From an uncultured Dehalococcoidia bacterium (GTDB lineage Bacteria > Chloroflexota > Dehalococcoidia > UBA6926), in the NCBI GenBank assembly GCA_964653005.1, contig CAZZAN010000001.1, positions 237,898-301,897 of the forward strand: a stretch of DNA of 64,000 nt. Reading direction: 5' to 3'. The position numbers and the translations under genes were made by a program. The notes beneath the pieces are model-generated. The model did no database searches. It worked only from the letters and a program-made list of their open reading frames with translations, and was not told where the DNA came from. Positions 57,984 through 64,000 of this stretch are shown here, piece by piece (the first letter of the stretch is position 1; each line of letters starts with the position of its first letter).

Positions 57984-58550
57984 CTACTCAGCCGCAGAGG
58001 CCAGTTCGAGGAGCTTCTTGACCGTTCTCAGGTTTCGGCCTGTGCTGGTAGTTGCGAGGCGAGAGTCGATGTAGCTGTTCGTGAGTTTGCTGCCGGCAAC
58101 CCCGTTCGGATAATGCGCGAAGACTTCACGACCCAGTACAGCAAACTCGTCGCCGGGCGAGTGATTAGGATCCAGCGCTGCAATGCGCTCACGATCCGGG
58201 AAATCCGCCAGGAAGAAGACGAGCAGCTTGTTCTCTTCGGCTGGCGTAAAGGGGTTAGCCTGCACAATCTCCTGCAGCTCCCGGGCAGTACGAGTGACGA
58301 CCGGAATTTTGAATCCGAACGTATTGAAGATTCCGTCGCTGATTAGCGATGAAATCTTCTCCGCAAGCGACGGATCGGCTCTGAAGAGAACGTTCCCGCT
58401 CTGGATATACGTCTGAACGTCCTCACATCCTGCCTCTCGAAACATCGCGGCGAGTTGCTTCATGGGAAGCTTGTTCTTCCCACCGACATTGATTCCGCGG
58501 AGCAGCGCAACGTTTATGCTTGTCGCGCCACTCACGACGTCATCGGACAT
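57984..58550 (-). CDS. DUF1697 family protein
   Basis: 188 aa. INVALLRGINVGGKNKLPM signature. Confidence 0.7.
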   Translation of the reverse strand: MSDDVVSGATSINVALLRGINVGGKNKLPMKQLAAMFREAGCEDVQTYIQSGNVLFRADPSLAEKISSLISDGIFNTFGFKIPVVTRTARELQEIVQANPFTPAEENKLLVFFLADFPDRERIAALDPNHSPGDEFAVLGREVFAHYPNGVAGSKLTNSYIDSRLATTSTGRNLRTVKKLLELASAAE

Positions 58551-58597
58551 GTTGGCGAGCCTGTATACCCTCGCCCTGGAAAAGAAGCGTCAGGCCT

Positions 58598-59044
58598 CTA
58601 GCCGCTCTTGAGCTCTTTCTCCAGGTTCTTGATGAAGTCCTTCATCTGGGAGTTGGCCTTGGAGCGGATGAACGGCTGCCCCATCGTGCCCAGCTTGCCC
58701 ATGAACTGGATATCCGTCGCCACCGTCAGCGTGGAGCTGTCCGCGCCCTCCTCGGCAATCGACGCGTCAACAATGACCCGCAGACCACCGCCCGCAAGCG
58801 CCTTCGCGTTGCCCTCGATGCGCCACGTATAGTCCGCGGCGTTCTGTGTCGTCGTCAGTTCTCCATCGAGGCTGATCTTCATTGGGCCGACGCGTGTCTC
58901 CATCTTGCCGGAATACGTATTCGGGCCTGTTTCCACCACATTGCTTACGCCCGGAATCAGCCCGGCTGCGCGCGGTACGTCCTCAAGAAGGCTCCATACC
59001 GCTTCCCGTGAAGCCCCCACCTTGGACTCCTGTTCGATCTTCAT
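58598..59044 (-). CDS. coxG: CoxG/SRPBCC family protein
   Basis: 148 aa. It lies downstream of coxM on the same strand. Confidence 0.7.
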   Translation of the reverse strand: MKIEQESKVGASREAVWSLLEDVPRAAGLIPGVSNVVETGPNTYSGKMETRVGPMKISLDGELTTTQNAADYTWRIEGNAKALAGGGLRVIVDASIAEEGADSSTLTVATDIQFMGKLGTMGQPFIRSKANSQMKDFIKNLEKELKSG

Positions 59045-59080
59045 TCCCTGTGTTTTCCTTTCGGCTCCGTTAGCCGACTA

Positions 59081-59941
59081 CTAATCAAGTCCCAGCACGC
59101 GGGTCAACGCGCGGCGTGTGAATACCACGGCCATGTCCGTCTTGTACTCCGCGGAGCCGCGGAAGTCAGGCGTCGGCGCGCAGAGATCGCGAACCGTCTC
59201 GGCTGCTTCACGCACCAGGTCCGCCGTCGGCTCCTTGCCCACCAGCACGCCCGCGACGGTGTCTGCGAAGACTGCGGTTGAATTGACCGCGCCAAGCCCA
59301 ACGCGCACGTCCGTAACAACGCCGCCGTCGACGACGCCGAGCGCGGAAACCGCAACTGTCGGATAGTCGTCCGCCGTGCGTGGCAGGAACTTGATGTACG
59401 TGGTCTTGGCATTGGCGGGCGCGGCCGGAACGGTGATGCCCGTCACAATCTCGCCCTCCTCAACGCCCGTCGTGTAGTAGTCCACGAACCAGCCGTCGCG
59501 CACCTTGACCGTTCGCTCGCCGTCCTTTGAGGCGACGTGGACGCTCGCATCGAGTACCAGCAGCGTGGGCGGCGGATCCTGCGCCGGGTCGCCGTGAGCG
59601 ACGCCGCCGCCGACCGTCGCCGCGTTGCGCACGCGAACCGTCGCGACCTCGCCATATGTCTCGGTCAGGAGCGGATTGTTCTCTTCGACGACGCTTGAGG
59701 TAGCCACCTCTTGCTGCGTCGTGCGGCCGCCAATCTGTAGGCCCTCACCCGTCGAGCGGATGTAGTTGAGGCCGTCAACGTTCTGTAGGCTGACGAGATG
59801 GTCAACGTAGATGAGGTCCTGCTTCATCATGTTGATGAGGCCGGTGCCGCCGGAGATGACGCGCGCCTCCTCGCCAAAATCGCTCAGCAGGCTGTGCGCC
59901 TCCGCCAGCGTGGAGGGCGTGTGGAACTGAAAATCTCTCAT
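59081..59941 (-). CDS. coxM: FAD-binding medium subunit of a molybdenum hydroxylase (CoxM-like)
   Basis: 286 aa. ...RVISGGTGLIN... Confidence 0.85.
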   Translation of the reverse strand: MRDFQFHTPSTLAEAHSLLSDFGEEARVISGGTGLINMMKQDLIYVDHLVSLQNVDGLNYIRSTGEGLQIGGRTTQQEVATSSVVEENNPLLTETYGEVATVRVRNAATVGGGVAHGDPAQDPPPTLLVLDASVHVASKDGERTVKVRDGWFVDYYTTGVEEGEIVTGITVPAAPANAKTTYIKFLPRTADDYPTVAVSALGVVDGGVVTDVRVGLGAVNSTAVFADTVAGVLVGKEPTADLVREAAETVRDLCAPTPDFRGSAEYKTDMAVVFTRRALTRVLGLD

Positions 59942-59951
59942 TGTCCGCCCC

Positions 59952-60446
59952 CTAGTTGCCCAGCCGGATGACTTCGCCGGCCTTCTGAATCGACTCGATG
60001 ATCTTGTAGTAGCCCGTGCAGCGGCACAGGTTGCCCATCATCCAGTTCTTGATCTCATCCTCCGTGGGATTGGGATTCTGCTGGAGCAGGGCGCGGGAGG
60101 CCATAATCTGGCCGGGCGTGCAGATGCCGCACTGGAATCCGCCGTAGTTCATGAACGCCTCTTGCAGCGGATGCAGCTTGTCGCCGTCCGCCACACCCTC
60201 GATGGTTGTGATCTGCGCCCCGTTTGCCTGCACGGCGAGCAGGATGCACGAGGAGACGATCACGCCGTCCATCTCGACGGTGCAGATGCCGCACACGCCG
60301 ACGCTGCATGCCTCTTTCGTTCCTGTCAGGCCAAGGTCATATCGAATGAAATCGACGAGTGTCCGCCGTGGCGGAACCTCCGCGGAATACTCCGTGCCGT
60401 TAATCGTTACGGACACCGGCACGCGAGCGACTGTATCTGTCGTCAT
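59952..60446 (-). CDS. coxS: (2Fe-2S)-binding small subunit of a molybdenum hydroxylase (CoxS-like)
   Basis: 164 aa. CSVGVCGIC and CGICTPG / CRCTGY motifs. Confidence 0.9.
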   Translation of the reverse strand: MTTDTVARVPVSVTINGTEYSAEVPPRRTLVDFIRYDLGLTGTKEACSVGVCGICTVEMDGVIVSSCILLAVQANGAQITTIEGVADGDKLHPLQEAFMNYGGFQCGICTPGQIMASRALLQQNPNPTEDEIKNWMMGNLCRCTGYYKIIESIQKAGEVIRLGN

Positions 60447-60615
60447 CTACTCCTACCCCTTTTTATGTGGCTTACCCTTTGGGTGCAACAAACGCAGCGC
60501 CTCGTTCGCTCCTTGTCTCGTTCGGGCCTTTACCCTGCGCTCAGGTGGCGCATTGATACGGGTGTGGCCGTGGACGTTGGAGGCGAACCGACGCTGCAAA
60601 GTGATTATAGCAGTC

Positions 60616-60665
60616 AGTGCATTCCCGTGCCGTAGTATGTTACAACTCAGAGCAGTGTCTTCGCC
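60616..60665 (+). repeat. Conserved about 50-nt leader element, copy 1 (upstream of the first DUF1330 gene)
   Basis: agtgcattcccgtgccgtagtatgttacaactcagagcagtgtcttcg. Copy 2 at 61104-61153 differs at 3 positions. Confidence 0.6.
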
Positions 60666-60730
60666 TGGGCCCGAAGGCCGCCTGCCAGTAGCACACTGAC
60701 GAAACACACTCAGACAAGGAGAGGTAGGTC

Positions 60731-61018
60731 ATGTCTGCCTATTTGATAGCCGATGTAGAGATTACGGATGAAAGTCTCTATGCGCAGTTTCGTGAACGGA
60801 TGACGCCTACTCTCGAAGCCTATAGCGGTAGGTTCATCGCGCGTGGCGGCGAGATTGCGGTCATCGATGGTTCCTGGAATCCCAAGCGTCTAGCCATCGT
60901 GGCATTTGACAGCATGGAGCAAGCACGTTCATGGTTGGCCTCGCCGGAATTCAAAGAGCTCGATGGTATGCGCAACAGTTCTTCCAACATCAATCTGGTG
61001 CTTGTCGAAGGCGTTTAG
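60731..61018 (+). CDS. DUF1330 family protein
   Basis: 95 aa. MSAYLIADVEITDESLYAQFRE... Confidence 0.7.
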   Translation: MSAYLIADVEITDESLYAQFRERMTPTLEAYSGRFIARGGEIAVIDGSWNPKRLAIVAFDSMEQARSWLASPEFKELDGMRNSSSNINLVLVEGV

Positions 61019-61103
61019 CGGCATCAGCCACAGCCCGTACCAACACCATATGCCCGCTGACGGCATTGTGATGACAGTGCCCGTGGCAATCGTTTAATCG
61101 GTG

Positions 61104-61153
61104 AGTGCATTCCCGTGCCGCAGTGTGTTACAACTCAGGGCAGTGTCTTCGGG
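61104..61153 (+). repeat. Conserved leader element, copy 2
   Basis: Near-identical to 60616-60665. Confidence 0.6.
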
Positions 61154-61196
61154 CGCCACTCCGACCAAGAACGTCCGGGCAAGGAGGAACTAAACC

Positions 61197-61484
61197 ATGT
61201 CTGCCTACTTGATAACCGATGTTGAGGTTACGGATGAAGAACTATACGCGCAGTTTCGTGAACGGATGACACCTGCCATCGAATCCTACGGCGGGAAGTT
61301 CATTGAGCGTGGCGGCGCGATAGAGATCGTCGACGGTTCCTGGACGCCCACTCGGCTCGCCATCGTGGAATTCGCCAGCATGGAGCAGGCCCATGCATGG
61401 CTGGACTCGGCTGAAAACCATGCCCTCGATGAGATTCGGACCAAGTCTTCCAGGATCAACATGGTGCTTGTCGAGGGCGTCTAG
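61197..61484 (+). CDS. DUF1330 family protein (tandem paralogue)
   Basis: 95 aa, about 70% identical to the upstream copy. Confidence 0.7.
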   Translation: MSAYLITDVEVTDEELYAQFRERMTPAIESYGGKFIERGGAIEIVDGSWTPTRLAIVEFASMEQAHAWLDSAENHALDEIRTKSSRINMVLVEGV

Positions 61485-62119
61485 AGCACCTCGTACGCCC
61501 ACATCTCGTGCCAGACGTCCGGCTCGCCGTTGGGCATTGGCTGGAAGGGCGCGCTGCGCTCAAGCAGCCTCCACTTGCCCTCCGCTTCTAACGCGGCTTG
61601 CTTCACGTCGAAGACGGCATCCGTGTAATAGTCCGTCCGTATAGAGAACACTACCGGCCCGCCCGCTCTCGTGACGCGGATCAGCTCATCCAGCCCCTCT
61701 GGCGTCACGTGAGCGTAGGTGAAGACACCAACGCACGTTGTTCCGGCAAAGCCGCCGGTCTCAAGGGGCAGCGTCTTGCCAAGCTCACCGATGATGAAGT
61801 CCTCGTAGACGCCCTTCTCCTTGGCTGTCTCCAGCATCCCCGTCGACATGTCCAGTGCCGTTATGCGTGTAAAGTCACGTTGGGCAAGCTCCACGCCGAC
61901 CATGCCCGTGCCGGCCCCCGCGTCCAGCACCATGGCCGACTTGTCTGGCACGTATTTCGCCAGCAGTTCTGCGCCGGCTCTTGGTGAAAGGAATCCCAAC
62001 GCCGTAAGGTCCGCGTCATACTCCGATGCCCATTCGTCGTATGTTGTCCTGAGTTCCTCGTTATCCTTCACGCCGTGAATCCGCTGGAGGCGTTCCGTTC
62101 GCGCTTTGCCGCTCGTCAT
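61481..62119 (-). CDS. Class I SAM-dependent methyltransferase
   Basis: 212 aa. VLDAGAGTGMVG motif. Confidence 0.75.
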   Translation of the reverse strand: MTSGKARTERLQRIHGVKDNEELRTTYDEWASEYDADLTALGFLSPRAGAELLAKYVPDKSAMVLDAGAGTGMVGVELAQRDFTRITALDMSTGMLETAKEKGVYEDFIIGELGKTLPLETGGFAGTTCVGVFTYAHVTPEGLDELIRVTRAGGPVVFSIRTDYYTDAVFDVKQAALEAEGKWRLLERSAPFQPMPNGEPDVWHEMWAYEVL

Positions 62120-62143
62120 CGATAACCTCCTGGGGTCCCGGGT

Positions 62144-64000
<1,857 letters not shown>

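Overview
High-GC (about 65%) bacterial chromosomal window, most likely Chloroflexota-like. That guess rests on GroEL/CoxL/UPF0182 sequence flavour and the presence of 3-hydroxypropionate/ethylmalonyl-CoA-type enzymes. It is dense with housekeeping operons: groES-groEL with a perfect CIRCE operator, tsaD, tilS, purF-purM-purH, argJ-argB-argD, gyrA, pyrC-carA-carB-pyrK, coxSMG and katG. There are two acyl-CoA modules. The first (685-7964) is a MaoC hydratase, a CitE/malyl-CoA-lyase-like protein, an acyl-CoA dehydrogenase, a second MaoC hydratase, an acyl-CoA mutase catalytic subunit with no B12 domain, an SDR reductase and a thiolase. The second (50563-57368) is a double-hotdog Mch/Meh-like hydratase, a fused tandem class-III CoA transferase and a split hotdog pair. 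Interspersed are lower-GC accessory genes. The most striking feature is a roughly 3.1 kb AT-shifted insert at 11218-14353. It carries two uncharacterised genes: a coiled-coil protein with a PD-x(n)-EVK nuclease-like C-terminus, and a membrane-anchored trypsin-fold protein whose catalytic His and Ser are substituted and which has flanking internal repeat domains. The insert is bounded by 77-bp direct repeats that duplicate the 3' end of an SDR gene and differ only at synonymous codon positions. A second insertion at 20688-21589 has the same architecture: 48-bp duplicated gene ends with synonymous-only differences around a Gp37/Gp68 (DUF5131) gene. Other notable items are an ArsC/Spx(YffB)-family gene with an in-frame TGA exactly at the first Cys of its CxxC motif followed by a hairpin (candidate selenoprotein), a frameshifted GmrSD-like type IV restriction gene, a NucS/DUF91-like nuclease-domain protein, three toxin-antitoxin-like pairs (HigBA-like, HicAB, DUF4258/DUF2283), a matrixin-like membrane metalloprotease, and tandem DUF1330 genes with a duplicated conserved leader. 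No rRNA, tRNA or CRISPR arrays were recognised.
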